64,000 bases of DNA from Octopus vulgaris (taxonomy: Eukaryota). Below the pieces are notes generated by a model. It was not told the DNA's origin. It saw only the letters and a list, made by a program, of their open reading frames with translations, and made no database searches. Each line of letters begins with the position of its first letter. Positions within the stretch are counted from its first letter, which is position 1. The DNA is taken from assembly GCA_951406725.2 (NCBI GenBank), contig OX597827.1, positions 53,010,001 through 53,074,000 on the forward strand. The letters are read 5' to 3'. Of this stretch, positions 1-12,490 are shown piece by piece. The position numbers and the translations under genes were made by a program.

Positions 1-470
1 AAGCAGCTGAACTTAGGAGGGGAAGGCAAAGTCTTGAAGACAACTCCAGCTCTGAACGTCCTGTAACTGCTACCACCAAGGAAAACATTGTGTTCTCCAC
101 ATCGGGATGCTATTGACAATAAATTGATTATAAATTGATAAGCAAATGGCTATAAATCAACTGCCCAGTGGTATTAACATATCCTGTGAGAGGGTTAATA
201 ATAATCTGCACCATGAACTTGGCATGACATAGTTTGAGGCAGATCTAGCTGGATGACTGTTGGGTTCATCACTTTGAGCCAGAGACAAAAAGACAATCCA
301 TGCAGTGGGAACATCCCTCCTTATCTGCTCCAAAGAAGGCTATGGTAATTTCATCTGTAGAGTAGGTGTTGGCCTCAGTTTTTTTGGATGCAAAAGGTTT
401 TGTGTTTATTGACTCTCTTCAAAAAACACACCATCAACGGAGAGTACAAAGCCAACTTGCTATGCCATAA
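1..470 (+). mobile_element. Degraded mariner transposase fragment
   Basis: Broken reading with W..H.FEPETKRQSMQWEH and FIDSLQK..TINGEY remnants; homologous to the copies at 42600-43476 and 59230-60703. Confidence 0.75.
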
Positions 471-603
471 TTGACTTACCCCCTCCCCCAAAATTGCTGG
501 CCTTGTGCCAAAATTTGAAACCAATATTGCATTGCTTATGTTTATATAATATTTCTCTACTTTCTTCATTAATCTTCAGTAACTTATTTCATTCTTTAAC
601 AAG

Positions 604-3304
604 GACATCAAGAAAAACATAAAGAAGAACTGGGAAAATGCTGTTCAAAAGGGACTGGATCTTGTTCTTGATAAGGGTAATGTGAAGGACGTACCTGACA
701 AGTGAGGACTGATACATTTTTGCAGTTATTGTTTTGATGTTTTTGTATTGTTATATTTCACTAGGAATCATAAGAAGCTCCTAAACCTTGTACATTTCCA
801 AAATATCTGGTATTTAATCTTACAATGAGCAGAAATGGGTTTTGTTTTATGAAAGATTTTTTTGATAGTGGGATAGGTAATTGTTTGAAGATGAGTATAA
901 AAGTTGAAATACAGGTACAACTCATTTTAGCCAGCTGAGTGCACTGGAGCTACATGAAATAAAGTGTCTTGCTCAAGGACACAACACATCATTGGGAATC
1001 GAACTCACGACCTTACAATCGTGAGCCGAATGCCCTAACCACTAAGCCGCATGCCTTCACATATATATACAAATATAATGATCTATATAATCACATAATT
1101 ATTATATGAAAATGCATAATTAATTAATTTGGAGGAGATGAGACATGCATCAGTTTACCAGCTGATAATGATGATGATGATCATCATCATTGTTGAAAAT
1201 CCACCTTCCATGCTTGCCGGTGGCATGTAAAAAGCACCATCCAACCGTGTCCGTTTGCCAGCCTTGTATGGCACCTGTGCCAGTGGCATGTAAAAAGCAC
1301 CCACTACACTCACGGAGTGGTTGGCGTTAGGAAGGGCATCCAGCTGTAGAAACACTGCCAGATCAGACTGGGTCTGGTGCAGCCTTCAGCCTTCTGGCTT
1401 CCCAGACCTCTGTTGAACCATCCAACCCATGCTAGCATGGAGAGCAGACGTTAAACGATGATGATGATGCTTGCATGGGTGGGATAGTTTCATGAGAGCT
1501 GGCCAGGCAGAAGCCTGCACGAGATTTCTGTGAATGTTTTGGTAGAATTTTTACAGCTGGGTTTCTAACACCAAACACTCAGCAGAGTGGACTTGGTGTT
1601 TTTTATTTACATGACACATGCACAGGTGAGATCAGTTTTGGCAAGGTTTTTACAGCTGAAATGCTGTAAAAGTGGCACCTGCACTGACAGGGTCACCAAA
1701 CACCTGCAAGACAAAAAAAAAATAAAAACACTTTCAAGAGACAAGGGGACATTGGAAGAAGTGATCTTGTATCAGATGATGAAAGGTTATAGTGAAGCAG
1801 AAATATAGAAATAGGTGTCTTGCTGTAGAGGAAGTATAAGGTTGCCCTGCTGGAGACAGAGAGAGAGAGATCAGGAATGAAGGCAGAAACAAGTGCACTA
1901 CCACAAAGGGAATACATGGTTACCCAGCCTGAGGAAAGTGGAGGAGAAAGAGAGAGAGAGAGAGAGTGGGAGACAGCAGGATAGAGATGGTGGCAAAATA
2001 CTGGGCATACTCACAATGGATGGGGATCAGAATATAAAAGGGAAGGTTGAGTAAAGGAAGAGAGAGATATAGATGGTGGCAAGTGGCAGGGCTTACCCTT
2101 GAGGTTCGAATACCATAATATAAGTGGCAGGATATTGATCAGAAACAAATAACTCTTAGTATTGGAAATCGGAGCCTTTCAGTTATAATGTATTAAAAGA
2201 ATACTCTAAATTTGTATTGAGTCCTATAATTTATTGCTTCAGGTGAGTCAGTAGGTAGAGAGAGAGAGAGAGAGTTGTTTAAGAATATTAGTTTTGCTCT
2301 GGATATTTTTCCCACACTTGTCATCTCTGATGAGCAGTTATTAGATAACTATATGGTTACCTAATATCCAGTGCAAAACTGATCAGTGAGAATGGTTGTA
2401 ATGGATGTGTCATATTGTATTTTGATTAATACACACATGCACATACATACATACACACACACACACACATACATGTGTAAATATATATATATATGTATGT
2501 ATAATTCTTTTTTTCTTTTTCTGTAGAATACTCAATTCTTTGTCTGCAATGTGTGACAGCTTAAAAGACCTCTTTCTCCATATGTTTATCCAGAAAAGTG
2601 TTGTTAGTACAGCCATGCAAGAAATTTTGTTTTTGTGTAAACAGCGGATTTTTAAAGAATTAGTTGATTATAAGGACTATCTGATTGTGAAAGCAGAAAG
2701 AAACATTGCCATTACTTCGTATCCTTAAATTTCCTTCATAAGGAATAACGTTATGCAAAGCAAATTTTTTTTCATCTTTAATTTTCTCAGGACTAGAGCT
2801 GCTATCGATACCAGCAGTGAGAAATTGCTAACTTTGGATGAATGACTATCAGACTTCAAACAGTGATAAAATATTCTCATAAATTCATATGGAGTGAAGC
2901 AGATTTATATGATGTTGGATTATAAATAGTCTATGATATGATGTTTTGTGATTACAGATATCTAAAAGATCATTAGTCCCTTCGATGTTATTAGAAAGGA
3001 ATTTAGTTCTTGATGTTGATGCCTTTGAAAAAGACATGAACAATGGAATTGAATATGGGTCACTGACTTAGTATGCTTGGAGCTTACCAGCCATACTCTT
3101 TTACTCTTTTACTTGTTTCAGTCATTTGACTGCGGCCATGCTGGAGCACCCCCTTTTAGTCGAGCAAATTGACCCTGGGACTTATTCTTTGTAAGCCCAG
3201 TACTTATTCTATCGGTCTCTTTTGCCGAACTGCTAAGTGATGGGGACGTAAACACACCAGCATCAGTTGTCAAGCAATGCTAGGGGGACAAACACAGACA
3301 CACA

Positions 3305-3342
<38 letters not shown>

Positions 3343-6300
3343 TACGACAGGCTTCTTTCAGTTTCCGTCTACCAAATCTACTCACAAAGCATTGGTCGGC
3401 CCGGGGCTATAGCAGAAGACACTTGCCTAAGATGTCATGCAGTGGGACTGAACCCGGAAACATGTGGTTGGTTAGCAAGCTACTTACCACACAGCCACTC
3501 CTGTGCCTGCCATGTTACAATGCTTGCTATAAGTTGGGGTAAAATATCAAGATATCAAAGTTGTAAAACTGGTTTCGAAACATTAGTGAAAATTAGCTGG
3601 AAAATGGCTATATAGTATACTTTGGTTTTCATTCCTTGTTGCTATTTAACTTCAGTTCACTTACATTGCAAATACCTTTGACACAATTATGTTACAGTTA
3701 TCATCTCCTCTAAAGTCAGAAGAGGTATCAAACATCACTGATTACTTATGATACAAAAAAGTCAAACATTTGACTTATCATATTTACATTAAGGATCATT
3801 GATGTTTCCAAATTATGTCAGTGATTAATTTGGTATGTTGGTAAAAGAAGCTACTTGTCTCTTAACCAGTAATTCAGCACTCAGCTACCTTGCCAGTTTT
3901 ATACATTGCATTATACAGATAAAGATGGAATTTATGACTAAGTACAAGAAATAATATTTTGTTCTTCAATCCAGTTTCAGTTTGAAGTTAGGGGTCACAT
4001 CATTTTTATTGCTAATGATTCTTGAGAAAGCTATGAACATTACAACTTCCATATCTCATTTTATAAATCTGAAGTTTCTTGTCTATATAAAATAATATTA
4101 TTTACTTGACTGCTAATATATCAGTTATATCCAAGACTTCCCAGGAATGGTGTTCTTTATATTTGTTGACCGTACAACAAATCAAGTCATTGCTCCTGCA
4201 CTAAATATAGATCCTGATGATAAACCAGAAGCTTACAAGGCAACTTTGTTTCTGAAGAAAAAGGTTAAGTATTAATCTGTGAAATTATTTATCCCTTCCC
4301 TGGCAGATATGTAATGAGAGAATAGATTCTTTGAAAGAGTGTGTAGATGTGTATAGCTGTATTCATTTACACAAATATTTCACATTTTAACTAAGTAATA
4401 TATATTACTGGTAGATGCAGTGTTATTATTGAGAGATAATATTTATCCATACTTAAACATGGATGTTCTGTTAAGACAGACTATACTGTGGTAGATACCA
4501 GGAGTGAAACTCTCATGTGGACTTTTAATGCAAAAATGCATGCTTGCTTATATCACTAATAATATAAACAAGCATGTGTTTTTGCATGAAGAGCCAATAT
4601 GACAGTTTCTCTCATGGTATTTATTGCAGTAAAATTTGTTCTTATAGAACATCCATGTTTAATTGAGGATAAATTTTAACTAAGTATGCAGAGTATCAAA
4701 ACCAGTTAAATATATTGTTTGCTTGAATACTTCTAGTTAAAAATATGAACTCTAGTCCCATGTAACATTCATTTTAAAAAATTTTTGCTGATATTCTATC
4801 TATCCAAAACCCTTGTTAGAAACAAAAATAAAGATTTATTCTTTGGAGAATCCTACCTTAATAATAGATTAATAATTTTCTTTCTTTCTCTTTTAAACTT
4901 GCTAGATTTGGAAAGTAGCTCATTTCATGCAACAGAAATTATCTCAAGGTTATACGACAGTTCTGCTTAGAGATGGAGACTTCTTCATATCTTATTACTT
5001 GTGGTTTGAAGATAACTCGGTAAAAAAAAAAAAAACAGATTTCTTTTATTCTATTTTGATGTCTTCTATAGTAGTTTATTGGTAAGCACTATAGTGTCAT
5101 TAGTAAGCTTATGATAAATTGCTTTTGTAATCCATATTATACTCCCAGTGATAGCTTTTTCATACTATCAGTACCCCTAAGAAAGGTCTTGTTCACCCAA
5201 TGCTGATTAAGAGAGTGACGTATTTTATTTTGACAATGATATAGAGAAATTTTAAATTTTGATTTCCTTCTCATCTCTCTCAAACACACATTCTAAAAAC
5301 AAAATAGAAATATATATTTTCGTTTTGGATTTTCATTTTGTGATGACCAAGATCCTAGGCAGGCCATTCTTGCTATAGAAGCCATGTCTCTGCCAATATA
5401 CATATATACATACTAAGGCAGTAAGTTGGCAGAATCGTAAGCATGTTGGGGAAAATGCTTGGCAGCATTTCATCCGTCTTTACAGTCTGAGTTCAAATTA
5501 TGCTGAAATTGACTTTACCTTTCAACCCTTCAGGGTCAATAAAATAAGTACCAGTTGAGTACTGGGGTCATTAATGTAATTGACTTATCCCTCCAATATA
5601 TATATATATATATATATAATGAACTCTCCTGTCATTAGATGACATATGAGGGTTCAGCAATTTCTTAATGAACAACCACACAGATGATTTGTTTATAGTG
5701 ATCAAATGTTTGTGTAGACATAAGCTCACTCTCTCCATCAAATCAACATTAATCGTACAGGTGCAACTAGGTGCCACATGTCAGATGTCGAAATGATCAC
5801 AGAGCAACGTGAAATGAAGTTGCTTTGCTCAAGAACACAATGTAATGCCTGGTCTGGGAATTGAACCCACGATCTTGCAATTGTGAGTGCAACACCCTAG
5901 CCACTAAGCCATATATAAAGGTGAATTACAGGTTTGAAATGTTAGCAAAAAGGTTGGTTTTTGTGTCTAAGTAAAAAAGTGCAATGATGATGATGATGAT
6001 GGCAACCACTCATTTTATACTTATTTAATAAAAAACCTTTTAAATCATATTAAATCCCCATCTCAAGGCCTCACATCAATCACTACACATTTCTTCTTCC
6101 CCAGAACAAGGGCCTTTTAGAATTCCCTTCCTATCCATGTTTTTCTATTATATTCCTTAAGATGTTGGTTTGTTATAATGTCCATTTTGGTATGCAATAT
6201 ACTTAGTAAAATCAGTAAAGACACAACTATCTCTTCCGCCTACTATGCACTTCAAGACTTCACGTACTTCTCTTTACTTATAGTGACTAGGTTATTCCAT

Positions 6301-9121
6301 TTGTCATGTGGAAGGAGTGTACCACTATTGTTAATTCCCTACAACATCTTTCCTTTTAAGTTTTTCATTATGTCAGAGATAAATTTTGATAAATCTGATA
6401 AAGTCTCTTTCTTGGATGCACTTTGACCACATTCTATGGGTTGTTGTCATGTGTTCTGGTAGTGGGTGGATCCAGCACATTGAGATTGTAGGGCTTAACA
6501 TATTCAATACCATGTATGCCCTCCCTGGGTGTTCAAAACGGCCATACACTAATGGTACATGAAGTATGTGAGGCGGTTCACAGAAGCCATTGGCACTTGT
6601 GCCTACACCTTGAGGAAAGCTGCCTCCAGTTCCACACATATTGTTGGCCTTGGGACCACCTGATTCAGCTGGCTCTGGATTCATCCCACAGGTGTTCAAT
6701 TGGGTTCAAATCTGGACTGAGAGCCGGTCACAGCATGGTTCTAATGTTGTGCTGATGCAGAAAGTCTATGGTGACCCTGACCATTTGGGAGGGAACAGTG
6801 CCTGGTTAAGGTGGTGCATGAAGAAGGGTATGATGTGAGGTCTTAGGATCTTAGCACTGTGCTGTGATGCTATTCCCTCTGCCTGCACCAACATTTTGGA
6901 ACACATGGGGTTCAATTCTCTGATTAAGGCCTATAGAACCCCAAACCATGATGCTTTGGCCACCCCATGTGTCTTTCTCCATGATACATGCATCTCTGTA
7001 GTGTTCACCCCTCCTATGCCACACCCTCAATCCGCCATCCAAGATGGTAACGCAGTACCAGCTCTCATCAAAGAAGACTATTGACATCCTTTGTTGATGC
7101 CACCAACGTTGGTGCTGTGTAGCCCACTGTAGTCATGCCTGACGATGGCAGGTGGTGAGGACAGGCCCTCGAGCAGGACGACAACAACGCAAGTTGTTGG
7201 TGGCCAGTTAACATTGTACCATGTTGTCGCTGATAAGTCGCTGTCCAGTGCCAGTAGTCTCACAAGCTGTCACGCTGGCTGGTCTGAAGCAATCATAAAG
7301 GTGTTGCAGGTGGATGAAGCAGTCCTGCTTGGGCATGGTCATCCAGGGGCACCCTCTGGGAGCATGGTCTGCAGTGCTGTTGGTGTTGTTGTATCACAAG
7401 TGGTTATGGTCAAGCAATTGACAAGCACATCTGTGATATTGAGCAATATTTGCTACAATGGTATTACTGCTTCAGCAACTCAGCACTGAATCTGTCTGAA
7501 ATAAAATGGAAAATAGATCAGTTTCACAACATTGATGATCAAGTCACAAAAGCAAAGTTTGAAGGCAATAGTAGTCATTTCCTTTGATTTCTAGATAGAA
7601 GTAAATAGGAAATAACACTTACTGACCAAAGACAAAAAAAAAAAAGAATTTTGTTACACAGTGTAATGGTTTTGAATTTTGGTACAAGGCCAATAATTTT
7701 GGGATAGGGGTTAATTCGATCACATTGACCCCAGTACTCAACTGGTACTTATTTTATTGACTCAGAAAGGATGAAAGGCAAAGTCAACCCTGGTGGCATT
7801 TGAACTCAGAATGTAAAGACGGACGAAATGCTGTTAAACTTTAAACCAACAATAACAAAAAGAAAAGGAATTTATCATACTTTCCGCATAATTTAATTTA
7901 CACTTGTTACTTCTAAAATCTTAAGTGCATAATTAATTTTCATATATTTCTTAAATGTTACAATTTTGCTTGTGTTGTTAGATGAAATATTTTGTATTGT
8001 ATTTTTGCAGCATAATCCACTTGTAGTTCAGCAACCATACAAGCCTTTGTCTCATTCACCTCCTCCTGGAATTCTTTGTGGTAATCTCTATAGGTGAGAT
8101 TTCTTTATCTTTTACTTGTTCCAGTCATTTGACTGCAGCCATGCTGGGGCACTGCCTTGAAGGGTTTTTTAGTCAAATAAATCAACCTCAGGACTTATTT
8201 TTTTTTAAGCCTAGTACTTATTCTATTGGTCACTTTTGCTGAACTGGTAAGGTATGGGGACAGAAACACACCAACACCAGTTGTCAAGCAGTGGTGGGAG
8301 ACAAACACAACACAAAGACACACACATATATATGTAACCTTTCAGTTTCCATCTACCAAATTTACTCACAAGACTTTGGTCAGCCTGAGGCTATAGTAGA
8401 AGACACTTGCCCAAGGTGTCACACAGTGGGACTAAACCTGGAATCATGGGGTTAGGAAACAAACTTCTTACCACACAGCCATGCTTGCTCGTATATTTGA
8501 TAAATATTTTAATATTTTTATATACAATGCATATAATTATGTAAGTGTGGAAGAAATTTCAGACATGGAAGTAAAACCTGGAATAGTCTTAAAGTAAACT
8601 TAGCAAAGGCTAGTTTTAGTCAGTGGGAGAGAAGGCACGATTCTGCTACTATCAGGAAAAGGGCTCAGCAGAAAAAGAATAGGAAGGAAATTCCTTATGC
8701 TGTACCCAGTGTAAATTAATGGACCTATGAGTGGTGTAGAGGAATAACAAGCATGCTGGAAGGTGCACATGGGCTATAAATACACAAATATATTCTCCCA
8801 AGTGCCTGGGCAGCTCTCTATGAGTATTTGGTAGTTTCTGATACCTAGGTGGCTCAATTCTTGATTTCTGGAAGTTGTATAAATGGTCCAGTACTGTATA
8901 AGTAACTTCTATATCGTTTTTTTTAAATTTCTTCTTTTCACAGGCAACTCATCCGACAGTGCTTTCCCACAGTTATCCCTGGCTCTGTCCACTGCTTGGA
9001 ATTGATCTGCATTCATCTGGGAATTGTCCCAACCAACTTGATCTCTGTCCATATTCAACAACTTTCAAATCAGCTTTGGAAAATGGCTGAAGATGGTTTG
9101 GCACCAATTAGTTTGTTGTAA
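604..9121 (+). CDS. HPS1: Hermansky-Pudlak syndrome 1 protein (BLOC-3 subunit), 3' part; upstream exons lie outside the window
   Basis: Phase-consistent exons join(604..701,2527..2718,4125..4263,4906..5019,8011..8093,8944..9121), all GT-AG. Translation includes [80 protein letters not shown] and HCLELICIHLGIVP...QLWKMAEDGLAPISLL*. This matches the HPS1 C-terminus as recalled (human [45 protein letters not shown]). Confidence 0.95.
918..1060 (-). mobile_element. tRNA-derived SINE family C (also 5640-5912 -, 10503-10700 +)
   Basis: Head GGCTTAGTGGTTAGGG...GAGTTCGATTCC (pol III A/B boxes) followed by GTGTCCTTGAGCAAGACACTT, shared among the three copies. Confidence 0.75.
1218..1466 (+). mobile_element. 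5'-truncated RTE LINE 3' tail nested in an older antisense copy
   Basis: Ends in (GAT)n; flanked by an 8-bp TSD ATGCTTGC (1210-1217 and 1467-1474); same sequence as 14600-14845. Confidence 0.8.
2321..2395 (+). ncRNA. Degenerate type I minimal hammerhead ribozyme, probably a Penelope/retrozyme-like relic
   Basis: TCATCT-CTGATGA(2327-2333)-GCA..long stem II..TGC-AAAA (GAAA with a CpG-type change)-palindromic stem III ACTGATCAGT-G-AGAATGG. Two core positions deviate from consensus. Confidence 0.5.
2719..4124 (+). other. U12-type (minor spliceosome) GT-AG intron of HPS1
   Basis: Donor GTATCCTTAA matches the U12 consensus RTATCCTT. Branch-like TTTACTTGAC at 4101-4110 lies about 15 nt before the AG at 4123-4124, with no polypyrimidine tract. 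Splicing restores TC|T Ser then YIQDFPG. Confidence 0.9.
3094..3507 (-). mobile_element. tRNA-derived SINE family B with internal (TA/CA)n (also 8103-8490, 26080-26320, 34220-34575, 57610-57810, 59783-60080)
   Basis: Head GGCACAGGAGTGGCTGTGTGGTAAG...GGTTCAGTCCC, tail ...GACTGAAACAAGTAAAAGAGTA; several near-identical copies in the window. Confidence 0.85.
5415..5595 (+). mobile_element. tRNA-derived SINE family A (Meta/Sauria-like core); more than 20 copies or fragments in the window
   Basis: AAGGCAG.GAGCTGGCAGAATCG...GAGTTCAAATT...GACTTTGCCTTTCATCC...TAAAATAAGTACCAG, repeated at 7665-7840(-), 9840-12490(+), 22630-23400(-), 28040-28550(-), 29020-29330(-), 36145-36352(+), 38060-38170(-) and 51700-51860(+). 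Confidence 0.85.
6424..7500 (-). mobile_element. Degraded Tc1-family DDE transposon in an HPS1 intron
   Basis: Minus ORF 6851..7087 IVFFDESWY...RVWHRRGEHY...GGQSIMVWGSIG is a Tc1 catalytic-domain signature; frameshifted, GC-richer than its flanks. Confidence 0.85.
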
Positions 9122-9839
9122 CTTCTGACCATAGACTAGAATGTTTAGTCATGCTAGTTCAGCTCAGTGGAACAAAATCATTACAGTTTGTACTGTATTA
9201 TATGTTACTGCTACATTGTTGCTATTTTAATTATGTTTTTTGTAGTTATCATCATAATTCCATTGATATTTCACTTTCGATCCAAAACGAAAATATATAT
9301 TTCTATTTTGTTTTTAGAATGTGTTTGAGAGAGAGAGAGAGAAAAAAAAACTGTGTATCTGTGTTTGTGACTGTTTCATTGCCTCTTCTTCCTGTCTTCA
9401 CTTAATTACCAATCTAATACACATACACGTATTTACAAATGCTTGTTTTTATAAATGCATATAGATAAATCTATATGCATCTTGAATGGTATGGATATAT
9501 GTATGGCATGTGTGTGTATATATGTATATGCACACACTCACATGCATGGTGTGAAAGTGTATATAACACGAACAGCTCACAGGCAGTTGTATGTATATTT
9601 ATGTACGGACACACATCTGCTTATGTATAATGTATTTATGTTTGTATTTTTTCTATATACACACTCATTTTCATCAAGTGTCGACTGTCATTTATTCCTT
9701 TTTTGGTGAAATTTTTACATCAGTGTATAAATTTTTAATTGTGAGAAAATCTTTTAATTGTCATTAGGATGATTGTGAAAATGAAAATTTTTATCTTCCT
9801 CTAATTCTGTTAGTTTTCTATAAGAGTAAAGTTATTATT

Positions 9840-12490
9840 TGGTGAATGGTAGAACTGTGAAGAGCAACATTAAATTCCTTGCTGTATTTAGTTACATCTC
9901 TTTACATTCTGGGTTCAGGTGCCACTAAAGTAAACTTTCTATTCCATTCTTCTAGGGTCAATAAAATAAAATATCAATGAAGTACTGGAGTAGGCATAAT
10001 TAACCCCACCCACCTGCAAAATTTGTGGTCTTGTGCATATGTTGTTATTATTTTTAAAGCTGGCAGGATCATTAGCATATTGGACAAAATGCTTGATGGC
10101 ATTTTCTCCTAACTCTATACATTCTGAGTTGAAATTCTGCCATAGTCAACTTTGCTTTCATCCTTTTTGGGGTTGATACAGGCAGTACTTGTTGGGGGTC
10201 AGTGTAATCTATTTGTCCCTTCCCCTCAAAATTGCAGGCTTTGTATCAAGATTAGAAACAATTATTACTATTATCATCAAGGCAGTGAGCTGGCAGAATC
10301 GTTAGCACACTGGGCAAAATATTTAGCAGTATTTCTCCCATCACTACGTTGTGAGTTCAAATTCCACTGAGGTTGACTTTACCTTTCATCCTTTTGGGGT
10401 CAGTAAATTAAATACCAGTGTAACACTCGGGTTGATGTAATCAACTCATCCCAGCCCCAAAATTGCTGCCCTTGTGGCAAAATTTGAAACCATTATTATT
10501 ATGCTTGGCTTAGTGGTTAGGGTGTTGGACTTGTGATTGTAAGATTGTGGTTTTGATTCCTGGACAAGGCAATGCATTGTGTTCTTTAGCAGAACATTTC
10601 ATTTCATGTTGCTCCAGTCCACTCAGCTGGCAAAAATGAGTAATCCTGTGAGGAACTGGTGTCCCATCCAAATGGGGAATATATATGCCTTGGAAACAGT
10701 TCAAATCCCTCCAGACACAATAGAATAGCTATCAGACATATTTGTAGCCCATATTCAATCAACTTTAAATATCAATAAAATAAATAGAAGTGGCGTACAT
10801 ATAGGAGTAGGGAAGTTGTTTAACCAACTAACCATTATCTTATTATAGTTCAGACTTGCCACAGCAGATTATTTTATTCTGAAGTAATAAGTTATGTTAA
10901 TTTATGCTCCGAGTTCAAATTGATTATACCCTTTTCCAAAATATGTAGGCTTGTACTATATTAGAAAATATTTTTTATTACTATGTAGAGCAGTGAAATA
11001 TTAGAACTGACAAGTAGTATTAATGCCTCATGTCATTTACTCTTGTCACTCAGCATACTGAGTTTTACTGAAACTGACTTTAAAATGTTATCCGTCTAAA
11101 GTTGACTAAGTACCAGTTACATACTGGGTTGATTCACCTAACTAGATCCTTCTCCCATTTACATTCTACCAATGGAAGTTATCACTGTTATAAGAACTAT
11201 TTTTATCTAGAAAACCTTTCTTCTGTAAATTTGTGCTTTTGGCTATAAGCCAGAAATTATTATTATTATTAAGGTGGTGAGCTGGCAGAATTGTTAGTAT
11301 GCTGGGCAAAATGCTTTGTGGCATTTCATCCGTCTGTATGTTCTGAGTTCAAATTCTGTTGAGGTCAACTTTACCTTTCATCCTTTCGGGGGTCGATAAA
11401 AAAAGTACCAGTTGAGCACTGGAGTTGATATAATTGACTTGCCTCCTCCCCTGAAATTTTAGGCCATGTGCCTATATTAGAAAAGCTCATTATTATTATT
11501 ATTATTTCATTGTTGCTATTCCTTTGTTTTATGTGAGCTGTTCCAATTCTTGCCCAGAAACCTTAGGAAACAGCATGTTGAACATTTTTTGCAAGTGTTT
11601 TTTATGTGTGATAATAGATTTCAGGTAAAGGAGGCCAAATACACTAAGAATTAAAATTCTGACCAAATAAAAAATTAAGATTCTGTTTTATTATTATTAA
11701 AGGATTGGTAGAATTGTTCGAGCATTGGAAAAGTGCTTTGCAGCATTTATTCTGGTTCTTTACATTCTGAGTGTAAATTCTAAGAAGGCCAGCTTTGTCT
11801 TTAATCATTCCCGAGTCAATAAAATAAAATACCAGTCAAGTACTGGAGTTGATTTGATTGACTAAACCCCACACCCTAAAAATGCTGGCCTTATGCCTAA
11901 ATCAGAAACAGTTATAATTGTTGTTGCTGCCACTGAAGAGAAGAGGTAAGCTGAATATATTATTCAGTTTGGATACTCATGGGGGCCAATCCATTTAAGA
12001 ATGCTCTCTAGAAAAGCATGAATGTTACATTCCTCATCCTTTACCAGTCAGCCTTATGTCTATGTAGATTATATTGTTACTACCACATTATTAAAATAAG
12101 TACCAGCCACATACTGAAGTGGAGGCTTCATCTTCATCAACTAAATGCCTCTCCAGCAAAACTGTGGCTTCATTCCACTATAAGAGACCAATGTTATTAA
12201 ATGTGTTATCAAACATGCAGCAAGTGGATGAAATGGATTAAATACCTTGGTTTTTAGTCACAACTTTGCCAGAGTTGAATTTGTGTTCCGTCTCTCTGCA
12301 GAGGGGTTCATTAAAATCAGTACCAGTCAAATTATTTGTTTCTAGGATAGAGTAGTTCATCCAGTAGGTGTCAGACTAAATGCCTTCAGCTATTTCTTTT
12401 TATTATTTTAAATACCAACAGAGATCAATTTTATCTTTTATCCTCACTGTATTGATAAAAGTGCTACCATTAATGCACTGGGATGGGTTC
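9840..12490 (+). repeat. Head-to-tail cluster of about 9 SINE copies downstream of the HPS1 stop
   Basis: Family A copies near 9840, 10057, 10279, 10988, 11271, 11699, 12220 and 12345, plus family C at 10503. All on +, often starting right after an (ATT)n tail. Confidence 0.8.

Noticed and set aside
10279-10370. tRNA-like A/B box sequences
   Set aside because: These are SINE heads with no complete cloverleaf; no true tRNA gene was found in the window.
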